Below, piece after piece: positions 48,524 to 59,348 of a stretch of 64,000 nucleotides of DNA. The stretch's first letter is position 1. Each line of letters starts with the position of its first letter. Origin of the DNA: a virus (taxonomy: Duplodnaviria; Caudoviricetes); IMG/VR virus record IMGVR_UViG_3300028602_000007, positions 56,755 through 120,754 of that record, one strand, 5' to 3'. The position numbers and the translations under genes are program-made. The notes under the pieces are model-generated. The model did not search any database. It was not told where the DNA came from and worked only from the letters and a program-made list of their open reading frames with translations.

Positions 48524-48537
48524 AATAATAAATAGCT

Positions 48538-51500
48538 TTGGTAACTTCAAATATATCATATAATAGTCTTACTAATAATTCAGCGAGTTTTAGTTTATTA
48601 AGAACTAATCCTAAATTAACATCAAATCTAAAAATAACAATAGATTCTAATGATAATTTATGGTTTAATTCAATTAATTCAACTTCAGAATTGGCACAAT
48701 CTAAATATAAAAATATTCCAATAAATGAAGATTCTAATCATGAAGTTAATGTATTTACCTTTTTTGATGATGGAAAAACTCCTAGTAAAATTTCATTTGC
48801 TATAGGTTCGACTATTACAACTGGGACTGTTGCTGATGATTTAAAAGACCAGTATGATTTTGATCTATATTCTAGTGGAGCAAAATATTTAAAATCAAAA
48901 GAGTATATTGAAAAATTTAGTTATTTAGCACCATTATACATAGATTCAATATTGCCAGAATATTTTATTATTTTAAAAATACCAGGTGCATCTAATTATA
49001 CAGTAGGAGAGTGGAAACAAAAAATATTAGATCCAACTTTTTCTAATTCAAAATTCGCAATTGATTTATTTAAAAAGGCTGAATTAGTAAAAGCAATAAA
49101 ATTGGGCGAAGATTCTAAAATTGGAAAATATATTAGGAATATTCAAAACAATCCAATGTTTAATAATAAACCATTATATGTTAATTTTAAAGAAAATAAG
49201 TATTCTGTATATAGAGGAATTTCTATTTCTACTGGAACATATGTAGAAATTCCAGAATTATTAAGTCCTACACTAAGATCATCTATTCCTCAATTAAAAT
49301 TAGAAAAATATATCACAGAAGGATTTGAAAGAAATAACTTAATTTATCCAAATATTCTAAATTTAGAATTCTTATTTAATGATGATAGCTCAGATACTTA
49401 TTCAATAAACAGATATATTGGATTTTATTGTAATTTAATTGATTTAGTTAAATTCAATATAGATATAGATTCAATGTATTTAAACATTGATAATGATAAT
49501 CCTTTACCTAATAAATTTAATGAAACTGATGAAATTTCATTAAATATTACAAACAAGGATGGTGTAGTATTAAGAGGAATTGGTATAGACTCTGATTTAT
49601 CTGAATTTTCTAAAATAATATCAAATTATAATAATATATTTTTTCCTTTCTTAAAAACAAAAGATGGAAATTTGCATTTTCCTAAAATACAAACATTAGA
49701 ACAATATAATAACACAATAAAATTTAAATTATCAGATAAATCATTTGATTTAGGTCAAACTTTTGGTGCAGGAAAACTCTTTTCACAAGAAACTGCAAAA
49801 CCTAGCAGTATTGATTCTAAATCAACTATCTTATTAACAATTGATACTATTCTAAATCATTTAGATACAATTAGGTTATATCATGAAAATGGATATACAT
49901 ATGATAAAACTGATAAATATGGAAAATATGATGATTTAATTTTTATTGATGATGAATTAAATACAATATTTCCAAATAATGAAAAATATATAATTGATTA
50001 TCCAGAAATAACAAATATTTTATTTAATACAAGCAATCCTAATTTAGGATCTACTGTTTTTTCTCCAAATTCACCAAGCTCTATAAATACACAGTATGTT
50101 TCTTCTATTAATAATACTAAATGGATATGGAATGGCTCTGAATATATTGAAGAAGTATTAGGATCTATCATTTATATTAATTTAAATACTGCTAATTCAA
50201 TTAGCAATAAAGTTACAGATATTAATCAGTTAGCATTAACTATAAAGAATATAATATCTAATTTAAAATCATCATATCTAACAGCATTAACGTATAATAA
50301 TAATATTTTTATACAAGTAAAAAATGTAGGAAATTATTATAATCAATTATCGGTTAGATTATTAGATTCTGCTTATTCTAGAATTAGTATTAACGGAAAG
50401 CATACACAGTCTATAGTTATCGCAGACGGAGGCTTTTCTAATACAAAATATGCAATTGTATCAATAGAAAATCTTGATAGGTTGTCGTCTAATCTAAATG
50501 ACTTAGTTGTTAAAACTACTAATTGGTCTAAAGTTGCTAGAATTAGTCATTGTTCTACTTTTTTAAATAAAACACAATTATGTGAATCTGATATCACAAC
50601 ATATTTAACTAATGGTACATTAATGTTATGTGATAATGAACCTATAGATGTAAAATATGATGTTATAGAGATACGGGAAATTTTTAAACCAACTTTAGGA
50701 ATATTGTCATTATTTGAAATTAAAGATATTGATTTTTATACTTATAGTTCACAATATTCTAAAATACCAGAGATTGATCTTTATCATTATTATTGGGTTC
50801 CACCAAATACTAAAATATTAAATTTTGATGAATATGTATATTCTTTAGTTGGTCAAGGAACCATTGAAGTAAATGGTATACAGTATTCAACGTCAAATAC
50901 ATCAACTATTTGGCAAAATATTACTGGATTACATAAATATACAATAATAGACGGAAATCCTCTTTTAGTAAAAAGTAACATAAAACCAAATACTGAAAGT
51001 GTATTAAGACAAGATGTTGCAAGATTAGATGAAGATAATAATTTATCTAATTTTACTGGCTTTTTTGCATTAGGCGCAGATCATAGCATTCCTAACCCAG
51101 ATCTGCCAACATACACGTATCGTGAAAAATATAAAACCAATAATTTACTTAGTGAATATCATGTTTATTTAGAAAATTTTAATAAAGAATTTTCAGTAGA
51201 AGGTAGAGTTGTTCCATATATTTCAAAATGGGGAATTTTAGATTCTTTTGATTCTCGGAATAATCCATATAGACTAAATTCCGATATTATGTTTGGTGAA
51301 AATAATTTTGGACCATCTCACCGAGAAACAAAACCTACTGCTGAAAAGTTAACACATGAATGGTTTTATATAGAATCTGATTTTGAATACACAGATAGTG
51401 AAGATTTATTAAAAAAGAACTATTGTTATTTTAATGAACCGTTTGATGTTAATAAGATGATATCTGATTCATCATATTTTTTGGAATATTTTACGTATAT

Positions 51501-54279
51501 TCCAAAATTTAATGGAAATGAAATAGATAGAACACAATTCAGATATTCTAAATTAAAATTAGATTCATTTACTAAACAATATTCAACTATTTTTAATGGA
51601 GTAAAAATAAATTTTGCAGAATTAGGAGAAAATGGTATTGAGAGGTCTAATACTAATAGATTTGATAATTATTTATTTAGTATTTTATTAAAACCAATCC
51701 CAGAAAAAACATCAATTAATCAAAATCCTATAAAATATAGAGTAATTGAAAACATTGATGCAAAGGCTATCGTATTATTGATTGAATTACCAATAGGATA
51801 TAAAGAAAAAATAAATGCTCGGTTATTAGAAGACACAATTTATAATACAATTTCTGGAAATACATTACAGTTCCCAGATAGAAGATTAGATCAAACAAAT
51901 ATTTTCATAGAAAGTTTAAGTTCTATGTCAAATATTAATTCTACTAAATTTCAAGTTGATTGGATCTATACAACTGAAAATAGTGTAAGTGGTGATCAAC
52001 TATTTACTGATATTATTAATTCGTCATATATCAGTTTTTCAAATCTAGATTTTTTAAATGGAACAGCGATAAACGGTAGAACAGGAGAGTCATTAACAAC
52101 TTATATTCCAAAGAATAATGAATTAGTATTAATACAGAAAGGTTCTGATTTAACTTCTCAAATTTTAATTGCTTTTGAAGAATCTACTGTGTATAAGATG
52201 GCATCAACTGGTGAATTAATTAGTGGAGCAAAAAACTTAGTTTCTACTGATACTCAATACTTATTAATAAATTTACCAAAAAATGGATATTTGCAAACGT
52301 CTGGATCTTTATTTAGAATAATAGAAGACTCTAATAATACAAATTCACAAATTGAATTAACTGCAAATAATGAATTAATTTTAAGTCTTTCTAATTCTGG
52401 TTTTTTATCAATGCTAGGTGATTATCGTCTTAACTTTAACGAAAATACTGTATCTAATTTAACATATAATTTTTTATATGCAGCAAAGGATAAAAAATAT
52501 AATACAACAAAATCTTCATATTCAACTATAAAATTAGCAATTGGAGTTGATTTAAGTTCAAATAGTTTTAATTCAAACTATTATTTGAATTTAAAACAAG
52601 TAAAGGGACTAAATATTAAAGAATTTAAATTTGAAGATTTTGTGAATGTTTTAAGTAATTCACATGATACCTTCGAAAATTCAGAAATGATAAATTCAAT
52701 AAAATCAAGTTCTGATCCTGAAATAAGTTCACCGCTTCCTTCTTTTTCTCCATTAATGTTTTTAAATACGTTAGGAGAGGTTTCGTTTTTATTAGGAAGT
52801 TCTGCTGATTTTAGCAAAACTGATAATGAAATCAAATTACAATTAATTAATCCTAAAATAACAAATGATGCAATATCTAAAGTTAATGGAAATCTTATAA
52901 TACTTGATAATACTTTGCACGATATTGTTGTTTTAAAATGTAATTTTACAGCTGATCCAATAACTGGTCCAAAATATTCAATTATTAAAGAAAATTATCC
53001 AACTCAAACTCCATCTTATTGGTTAAATGATAATGTTCAATTTCAATTATTTGGAGGTCGTAATTATTTTTCAAATTTATTTGAAAGTTTATCTCTTGCA
53101 AACTTTATATTATTATTAGAAAATAAATCAAATTTAATTTCTTGGGAAAGTTATGAAAATGGTTCATTATCTAATGATCAAAAAATTTCAATTCAAATTG
53201 AAGAAGGTGACCTTATTAATAAATCGACCATTGTTAAATTAGATACTGAGATAGTTAGCACCGAAAGCGCAACTTCACCAGGTGGAATAACTCATACTGA
53301 AAAAGAATCTACTAAGTATGAATTATTTAGATATTCTGGAGAATATGACATTATTACTAGACCAATTTCAGCATTTATTCAATATTGTAAGGTCGATGAT
53401 TATGTATTTAATGGAACTAACTCTTTTTTAAATACTAACGTTTCTAATTTCTTTACAATTCCAGAATTTTCATTTGTTAAATATTCTAATTTTAAAATTT
53501 TAGAATTAGAAAGTTCAGATAAATTTGAACCAGTTTATCCAATGATATATGAATCTCCTATTGATTTTGATAGCTTTTTTACTTTATCTAGTAGTTGGGA
53601 TTTTAATTATCATTATAAGTATTCATCTAAAAAGGATAAAACTAAGATTCCTGGAACAAATCGAATAGTTGAAGATTATTCATTTGTTTCTAAATTAATA
53701 AATTTACCAGACTCCTTTATTGTTGAATCTTTTAATTTTGAGAATTTAACAAATTCTGATTTTAACATAAAGATTTCAGATTTTTTAAAATTAGAAAATG
53801 AGGCTGGAATTATTGACTTTGTTGTTACAAACAAAACTAATAGTTTTGATTTTAAAATTAATTTTTCTAGAGCATTGGTGACAGCATTAACATATGATAT
53901 ATTAAATGGAGAAAATAGATTAAAATCAGAATTTGAAAAATTCTTTGTGGATCAAAATTCATTACCTATTATTTCAGACCAAACTGCATTAGGGGAATTA
54001 ACTTTAAATGAGTATATTTATGAATATTGTAAATATAATATATTACCATTATATGAGTTAATTGAATTAGATTTTTATGTTAAAGACAATCGAGATTTAT
54101 CTGAAAATGAAATAGTATTAGCTCAAGTTCCATATTCTTTATTAAGTAATCTTGGATATTCTAAACTAAAATCAATAAAAATAAATAATAAAAATTCAGA
54201 TATCATAACTGGCTCAATTTTAAAAAAATCAAGCACAGGAATTACTTTGGTACCAAAATTAAAAATTAAATATATCTAA
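48538..54279 (+). CDS. Very large putative virion protein (TTG start)
   Basis: 1913 aa in the late cluster; N-terminal LLRTNPKLTSN motif. Confidence 0.55.
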   Translation: MVTSNISYNSLTNNSASFSLLRTNPKLTSNLKITIDSNDNLWFNSINSTSELAQSKYKNIPINEDSNHEVNVFTFFDDGKTPSKISFAIGSTITTGTVADDLKDQYDFDLYSSGAKYLKSKEYIEKFSYLAPLYIDSILPEYFIILKIPGASNYTVGEWKQKILDPTFSNSKFAIDLFKKAELVKAIKLGEDSKIGKYIRNIQNNPMFNNKPLYVNFKENKYSVYRGISISTGTYVEIPELLSPTLRSSIPQLKLEKYITEGFERNNLIYPNILNLEFLFNDDSSDTYSINRYIGFYCNLIDLVKFNIDIDSMYLNIDNDNPLPNKFNETDEISLNITNKDGVVLRGIGIDSDLSEFSKIISNYNNIFFPFLKTKDGNLHFPKIQTLEQYNNTIKFKLSDKSFDLGQTFGAGKLFSQETAKPSSIDSKSTILLTIDTILNHLDTIRLYHENGYTYDKTDKYGKYDDLIFIDDELNTIFPNNEKYIIDYPEITNILFNTSNPNLGSTVFSPNSPSSINTQYVSSINNTKWIWNGSEYIEEVLGSIIYINLNTANSISNKVTDINQLALTIKNIISNLKSSYLTALTYNNNIFIQVKNVGNYYNQLSVRLLDSAYSRISINGKHTQSIVIADGGFSNTKYAIVSIENLDRLSSNLNDLVVKTTNWSKVARISHCSTFLNKTQLCESDITTYLTNGTLMLCDNEPIDVKYDVIEIREIFKPTLGILSLFEIKDIDFYTYSSQYSKIPEIDLYHYYWVPPNTKILNFDEYVYSLVGQGTIEVNGIQYSTSNTSTIWQNITGLHKYTIIDGNPLLVKSNIKPNTESVLRQDVARLDEDNNLSNFTGFFALGADHSIPNPDLPTYTYREKYKTNNLLSEYHVYLENFNKEFSVEGRVVPYISKWGILDSFDSRNNPYRLNSDIMFGENNFGPSHRETKPTAEKLTHEWFYIESDFEYTDSEDLLKKNYCYFNEPFDVNKMISDSSYFLEYFTYIPKFNGNEIDRTQFRYSKLKLDSFTKQYSTIFNGVKINFAELGENGIERSNTNRFDNYLFSILLKPIPEKTSINQNPIKYRVIENIDAKAIVLLIELPIGYKEKINARLLEDTIYNTISGNTLQFPDRRLDQTNIFIESLSSMSNINSTKFQVDWIYTTENSVSGDQLFTDIINSSYISFSNLDFLNGTAINGRTGESLTTYIPKNNELVLIQKGSDLTSQILIAFEESTVYKMASTGELISGAKNLVSTDTQYLLINLPKNGYLQTSGSLFRIIEDSNNTNSQIELTANNELILSLSNSGFLSMLGDYRLNFNENTVSNLTYNFLYAAKDKKYNTTKSSYSTIKLAIGVDLSSNSFNSNYYLNLKQVKGLNIKEFKFEDFVNVLSNSHDTFENSEMINSIKSSSDPEISSPLPSFSPLMFLNTLGEVSFLLGSSADFSKTDNEIKLQLINPKITNDAISKVNGNLIILDNTLHDIVVLKCNFTADPITGPKYSIIKENYPTQTPSYWLNDNVQFQLFGGRNYFSNLFESLSLANFILLLENKSNLISWESYENGSLSNDQKISIQIEEGDLINKSTIVKLDTEIVSTESATSPGGITHTEKESTKYELFRYSGEYDIITRPISAFIQYCKVDDYVFNGTNSFLNTNVSNFFTIPEFSFVKYSNFKILELESSDKFEPVYPMIYESPIDFDSFFTLSSSWDFNYHYKYSSKKDKTKIPGTNRIVEDYSFVSKLINLPDSFIVESFNFENLTNSDFNIKISDFLKLENEAGIIDFVVTNKTNSFDFKINFSRALVTALTYDILNGENRLKSEFEKFFVDQNSLPIISDQTALGELTLNEYIYEYCKYNILPLYELIELDFYVKDNRDLSENEIVLAQVPYSLLSNLGYSKLKSIKINNKNSDIITGSILKKSSTGITLVPKLKIKYI

Positions 54280-57197
54280 TGGCCATTAATATTAACGTAA
54301 AAGAAATATATGCAACTGATAATCAATTATCATTAGCAAATAAATTAAATTTTAATTTTAATCAATTTTTAAGCTTAGGCGTTGGCGAAAAGGGTGATAC
54401 TGGCCAACAGGGTCCAACTGGTCCAATTGGACCTCGCGGAAGAACTGGTGCAAATGGACAAAATGGATCAACTATTTGGTCAGGTGATCCAACTGTGTAT
54501 ATTGATTTAGGTTCAGCTTCTCCTGAGAATTCAAGCGTTGGTGATTATTATATTGGATCTATTTCTACTGGGTCAGTTACATATGATGGAATCTATAAAA
54601 AAGAAGAAGACTCGACCTGGTCAGTTATTACAGACTTTTCAACTATTTTTAGAACTGCGTTAGATGTTTCAGGCGGAGAACTTTTTCCTTGGAGAGTTGG
54701 AGTTAATACACAAACTCCTCCAGCTAGAATAATAATACCTATAAATAATTCACAAGGAACTGATAGAAAAACAGTCATTCAATTATCACAACCTTCTGAT
54801 TATTATGAAACTTATACTCCAAATTGGCAATTAAATACCACAACTTCGCAAAATGCACAAAATATTATTTTTAATTTTGATGTTAATACTGCAAAAAAAA
54901 TAATAACTAGCACATCTGCTGATTCTAATGGATATACTGTTAAATTAACAGAAGATAGATTAGGTTCAAATATTTCTCAATTAAATAATTCATTCCCATA
55001 TACTTCATTATTATCATTATATTCATTTTATGAAGAAACTGATGCTAGCACCATACCTGACCATTTAGTTGATACAATTGGGTATAGACATCAATTTGAA
55101 TTAGGATCAATTGATAATATCACCGAATATTTACATTCTAGCGATGCAAATGATAATTATGTAATAAGTCCAACCTATCAAAACTTAAGAGTTAGAAAAT
55201 ATAGAAAAGAAGCTAGTGATATTCCAGGAAAAAGTGCAATTTTTTCTGATTTTATTTTGCATTCAAATGATTCAGTTAATGATCCTGCACTAAACTCTAA
55301 GTTTGAGTGGTCTATTAATAAAAAAACAGCAAGTTCATATGATAATAATACAATTATTAAATTTGCATTATCTGGATCTACCTTAGAAGGTAGTTCAAGT
55401 TCAACTGGATTAACTGGATTATCAGTTGATGGTTTGCATTTATTACTTTCACACCCATCATCAACTTATAAATTTGCAATAGGTTTTGATCCAAATAACT
55501 ATACAAATTTAACAAAAAATATTATTGCTAAATCAGATGGAACAATAGACACAATTAAACTTGATGAAATTGGATTAAATTTAAAGTCTGGAACAAATAT
55601 ACTTAATATTAGCGGAACAGGATTAACTTCACAAACAGATACTGATTTAAATATTTTTGCAACAGATGAAGATAATTTTATTAATCTTGGATCTAGTGAT
55701 ACCTCTATTGCAATAAAAATAAAAGGAGATAAATTAGCATCAGGTATTCCATTTGAAACTTCAACTGGAGCAACTCCAGCAAATAGTAGTTCAGATTCAA
55801 ATACGTTAGATGAATACCAAGAAGGAACTTTTACTCCTGCTGTATATTATGGAACTCTTCCTACTCCAGCGACTAGCGTATTAACTAATAATAATCCAAC
55901 TGTATCGAATACATATGGATCATTTGTAAAAATTGGAAAAATTGTTACATTTTCATTAACCTTTACACTTTCAGATTGGACAGTTGTTACTACAACTGGT
56001 AGATCTAGTGGAACACATTTAATCGATCCATATTTTGCATCAGGTGCTTCTGATATTGATGTTGGAAATTTATCAAATTCTCCAGATGGAGAATGGACGA
56101 CTGAACAACATGAATTAGGGAATGAATCATATCCAATAATAATTAGAGATATTCCAGATCATTGGCCTACTCCAAATAATGCAGAAGAAATTATATTTAA
56201 TGTGTCAATAAAACCTAAAATATATAATGGGTATGGAATGAGACCATTTAATATGGATTATAGTTGGACGAATAGTGGAACTAGTTCATCTAGTGAACCT
56301 TGGAGACCGATTGCTCCATCTACTGTTAAAGCTAGATTTGATACATATGAAGATGGGACAACTAAACCACAATTAAAATTATATGGATATCGTGAAGATA
56401 CTACTTCTGGTAGATTGTTTAGTACATTTGAAAGTTTAGTATCAATTTATGATTTTCTTAATTATGTTCATCCTAGCGATCCAACTGATGGAAATACTGT
56501 TGTTATTACTATAAATGGAACATATGAAAGTAATCATCAAACTGCACAAGATGCGTATCCAATAGGAGTAACAACAACTACTTCAACATCTACTACTACA
56601 ACTACAACAGTTTATAGTGGACCAGCTACAACAACTACTACTTCAACATCTACTACTACAACTGCTGCGCCAACCACCTCTACAACAACAACAACTGCTA
56701 GTCCATATGGCAGTGAATTAATGACTAATTCTGGTGCACCAACTTTAACTGATTGGATTAATATTATTAATCCAGATGGATTAGGAGATACTTGGTCAGG
56801 CAATAGAAATTATGAAGACTATTCAATTATTTCTGGATTATATAGTTTCTCAGAAAATGCACAACAAGTAGTTAGACAAACTGCAAAAACTGGACCAATT
56901 GCAATATTATCAAATAGGTTTGCAGGAGATTCATCTAAACGATATAGATTACAATTCAAATATCGAGCATCTCGTGAATTATCAGTATTACAAGTTATAA
57001 ATCTAGCAACTCAATCATATACTACGATTGATGATGTTAATGCAGTAACTGGATCAATTTATGGTAGTGCAGATATTGAATTTGTATCAAGTGCATCTGG
57101 ATTTACTCATATTTTATTTTATATGAAAACCGATGGAGCTAGTGGATCAACTCTTTGGTTCCAAATTGATGAAGTCAGCTTAAAGGAAATTTTATAA
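54279..57197 (+). CDS. Tail fibre / receptor-binding-like protein with short collagen segment, Thr-rich linker and C-terminal CBM-like domain
   Basis: GEKGDTGQQGPTGPIGPRG, LDEYQEGTFTP...FVKIGKIV fibre motif, TTTTSTSTTT linker, YRLQFKYR...IDEVSLKE. Confidence 0.65.
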   Translation: MAININVKEIYATDNQLSLANKLNFNFNQFLSLGVGEKGDTGQQGPTGPIGPRGRTGANGQNGSTIWSGDPTVYIDLGSASPENSSVGDYYIGSISTGSVTYDGIYKKEEDSTWSVITDFSTIFRTALDVSGGELFPWRVGVNTQTPPARIIIPINNSQGTDRKTVIQLSQPSDYYETYTPNWQLNTTTSQNAQNIIFNFDVNTAKKIITSTSADSNGYTVKLTEDRLGSNISQLNNSFPYTSLLSLYSFYEETDASTIPDHLVDTIGYRHQFELGSIDNITEYLHSSDANDNYVISPTYQNLRVRKYRKEASDIPGKSAIFSDFILHSNDSVNDPALNSKFEWSINKKTASSYDNNTIIKFALSGSTLEGSSSSTGLTGLSVDGLHLLLSHPSSTYKFAIGFDPNNYTNLTKNIIAKSDGTIDTIKLDEIGLNLKSGTNILNISGTGLTSQTDTDLNIFATDEDNFINLGSSDTSIAIKIKGDKLASGIPFETSTGATPANSSSDSNTLDEYQEGTFTPAVYYGTLPTPATSVLTNNNPTVSNTYGSFVKIGKIVTFSLTFTLSDWTVVTTTGRSSGTHLIDPYFASGASDIDVGNLSNSPDGEWTTEQHELGNESYPIIIRDIPDHWPTPNNAEEIIFNVSIKPKIYNGYGMRPFNMDYSWTNSGTSSSSEPWRPIAPSTVKARFDTYEDGTTKPQLKLYGYREDTTSGRLFSTFESLVSIYDFLNYVHPSDPTDGNTVVITINGTYESNHQTAQDAYPIGVTTTTSTSTTTTTTVYSGPATTTTTSTSTTTTAAPTTSTTTTTASPYGSELMTNSGAPTLTDWINIINPDGLGDTWSGNRNYEDYSIISGLYSFSENAQQVVRQTAKTGPIAILSNRFAGDSSKRYRLQFKYRASRELSVLQVINLATQSYTTIDDVNAVTGSIYGSADIEFVSSASGFTHILFYMKTDGASGSTLWFQIDEVSLKEIL

Positions 57198-57214
57198 TAA
57201 CCAAATGACTTTAC

Positions 57215-57222
57215 TATAAATA
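57215..57222 (+). promoter_or_regulatory. T4-type late promoter TATAAATA
   Basis: Exact match 16 nt upstream of the ATG at 57239; a gp55-like sigma is encoded in the window. Confidence 0.6.
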
Positions 57223-57238
57223 ATAAAAAGTAAAGTTA

Positions 57239-59326
57239 ATGAGCAATATTTGTTATAAAATATCACCAGATCCAAATAAAAATTCTATATCTTATAGTAA
57301 GAATTATAGAATTTTTACAACTGGTGAACCTGTTAGAAAAGCTATTAAATTTAATAAAGATAATATATTTGATGAGTATTTAGATATAGGAGATTTAGAT
57401 CCTTTAAATATTATTAGAAAAATTAGATATTCAACAAATAGATTAGATTGGTCATTATGGTATGATTTTTCAAAATCTAATTTAACCGAATTAGAATCTT
57501 TATTATTTGACGAATCTGATATTTTTTTCGAAGTAAAATACATATATGATAATTCTACATTTGATCAATTATCTACTCCATTATCAATTAATTGGATTAA
57601 ACTTTTTTTAGAAACTTCTCAACAACAAGGTGAAAATTATATACCAACAGTTCAATGTTCTGAAGAACAATGTCCAATGTTAATATCTGAAGAATTAGCA
57701 CTATTTAAACCATATGAAGCTGCTCCAGCTATTCAAATTGCACATGAACTAAGTTTGAAAACAAATAAAATATTTGGGCATGATGTAATTTATTTTAAAA
57801 CAGATTCAGATAGAGATGGTGGAGACTTTATTTTTAAGGAATGGACATTATTTAAAACTACTGCTAGAAAATGTATTAAAGCATTAGTTCCAAATAATAA
57901 ATTTCCAGATAATGTTCCACAATTTACTGAGTTTGGTGTAGATTTTGAAATGCCATTTGAGTTGCATATTGATAATATTTATTTTCAACAAATGTTTGGT
58001 AGAAATTCGCAGCCTAGAAAAAGAGATTATTTATATTTTCCATTGCTTAACCGAATGTATGAAATACAGGGTTCATATTTATATAGAGGGTTTATGATGG
58101 AACCTTTATATTGGAAAATACAATTAACAAAATTTCATCCAAATATTGATATGTATATGAATTCTGAAAATAGAACATTTTTAGATAATTTAATAACAAC
58201 ATCTAATGATTTATTTAGAAATGAACAAGCTGCACAAGAATTAGATGCATTAGATAAGCAACAAACAAAAACAATTTCTACTAAATATGATGAAACTCGA
58301 CAAAATTTACATTATGATTTAGTTGTTAAAATACTAGATACAACATATAATTATTCTCCATTAATTGAATATTATTATGATATGAATTCAGTTAAACCGA
58401 CTTTAACTGAATATACTTTAAGTGAATTTTCGAATCCAAACGAAAGCAAAACACAGAAAATATCAGCAAGTGAACCATACGAAATTATTGCATATGAGAG
58501 TAGTGATATTTTTAATGCTTGGCAAAATAGAGAACTGTCGATTGCTGATTTAAACGTTTCGTCTAATTACCCAATTGGTGAAAAAATACCAATAAAAACA
58601 AATGGGCCAAAAGACTCATATTCTCCATTTGGAAAATATGTACTTATTGAAGGTTATAAAAACTTAGGATTTACTACTAGAAAAAACATAGTTTCTTCTA
58701 GTGATTCTGTGCTATTTTTACAAGAAGCAAATGCGATAACTTATAAAAAATTAGCAAATACTGCAACTTTGCCAAATATGACATTTTGTAATTTATTTAA
58801 TTTAAATAGAGGAAGTCAAACTATAACTTTTTTAAAAGGATATGATTCTTTTGATGAATCTGGAATAATCATAAAAGGAACTGTTTCTGATAATTCGGGC
58901 GGAACTCCATCTATTATAATTTATATAACAATAAATGAGGTTACTTATACTTTTAATGTTGGAAATATTAATTATGCTAAATGGTATGCATTAGTTATTC
59001 CAATTTCTGCACAATATGGCCAAATACAAGTTAATTTATATTCATTTACTGAAGATTTAGCAAATGCTAAAAACTTTAACGGAATTAATTCAATTTATCG
59101 TGAAACTATTAAACCTGGCCAATTTTCATTTGAAACAAATTCTCCATATTGTATACCTAGTGCAAATTATCTACTATCAAATATTAGATTATTTAATACT
59201 ATGATACAATTAGAAGATCACGAGTTTGTAATTAGCCAATTATTTGTTAGAGATGAATCTACTTTAGCGATAATAGATAATGCAAGATACCGATTAAATG
59301 CGCCATTTATCGCAATAAATAGGTAA
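57239..59326 (+). CDS. Neck/head-closure protein with T4 gp14-like domain and extra domains
   Basis: FGHDVIYF...FGVDFE...PRKRDYLYFPLLNRMYEI resembles gp14 P.EGDLIYFP..N.LFEI. Confidence 0.65.
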   Translation: MSNICYKISPDPNKNSISYSKNYRIFTTGEPVRKAIKFNKDNIFDEYLDIGDLDPLNIIRKIRYSTNRLDWSLWYDFSKSNLTELESLLFDESDIFFEVKYIYDNSTFDQLSTPLSINWIKLFLETSQQQGENYIPTVQCSEEQCPMLISEELALFKPYEAAPAIQIAHELSLKTNKIFGHDVIYFKTDSDRDGGDFIFKEWTLFKTTARKCIKALVPNNKFPDNVPQFTEFGVDFEMPFELHIDNIYFQQMFGRNSQPRKRDYLYFPLLNRMYEIQGSYLYRGFMMEPLYWKIQLTKFHPNIDMYMNSENRTFLDNLITTSNDLFRNEQAAQELDALDKQQTKTISTKYDETRQNLHYDLVVKILDTTYNYSPLIEYYYDMNSVKPTLTEYTLSEFSNPNESKTQKISASEPYEIIAYESSDIFNAWQNRELSIADLNVSSNYPIGEKIPIKTNGPKDSYSPFGKYVLIEGYKNLGFTTRKNIVSSSDSVLFLQEANAITYKKLANTATLPNMTFCNLFNLNRGSQTITFLKGYDSFDESGIIIKGTVSDNSGGTPSIIIYITINEVTYTFNVGNINYAKWYALVIPISAQYGQIQVNLYSFTEDLANAKNFNGINSIYRETIKPGQFSFETNSPYCIPSANYLLSNIRLFNTMIQLEDHEFVISQLFVRDESTLAIIDNARYRLNAPFIAINR

Positions 59327-59348
59327 ACTTGAATAAATAATGTAAGAT

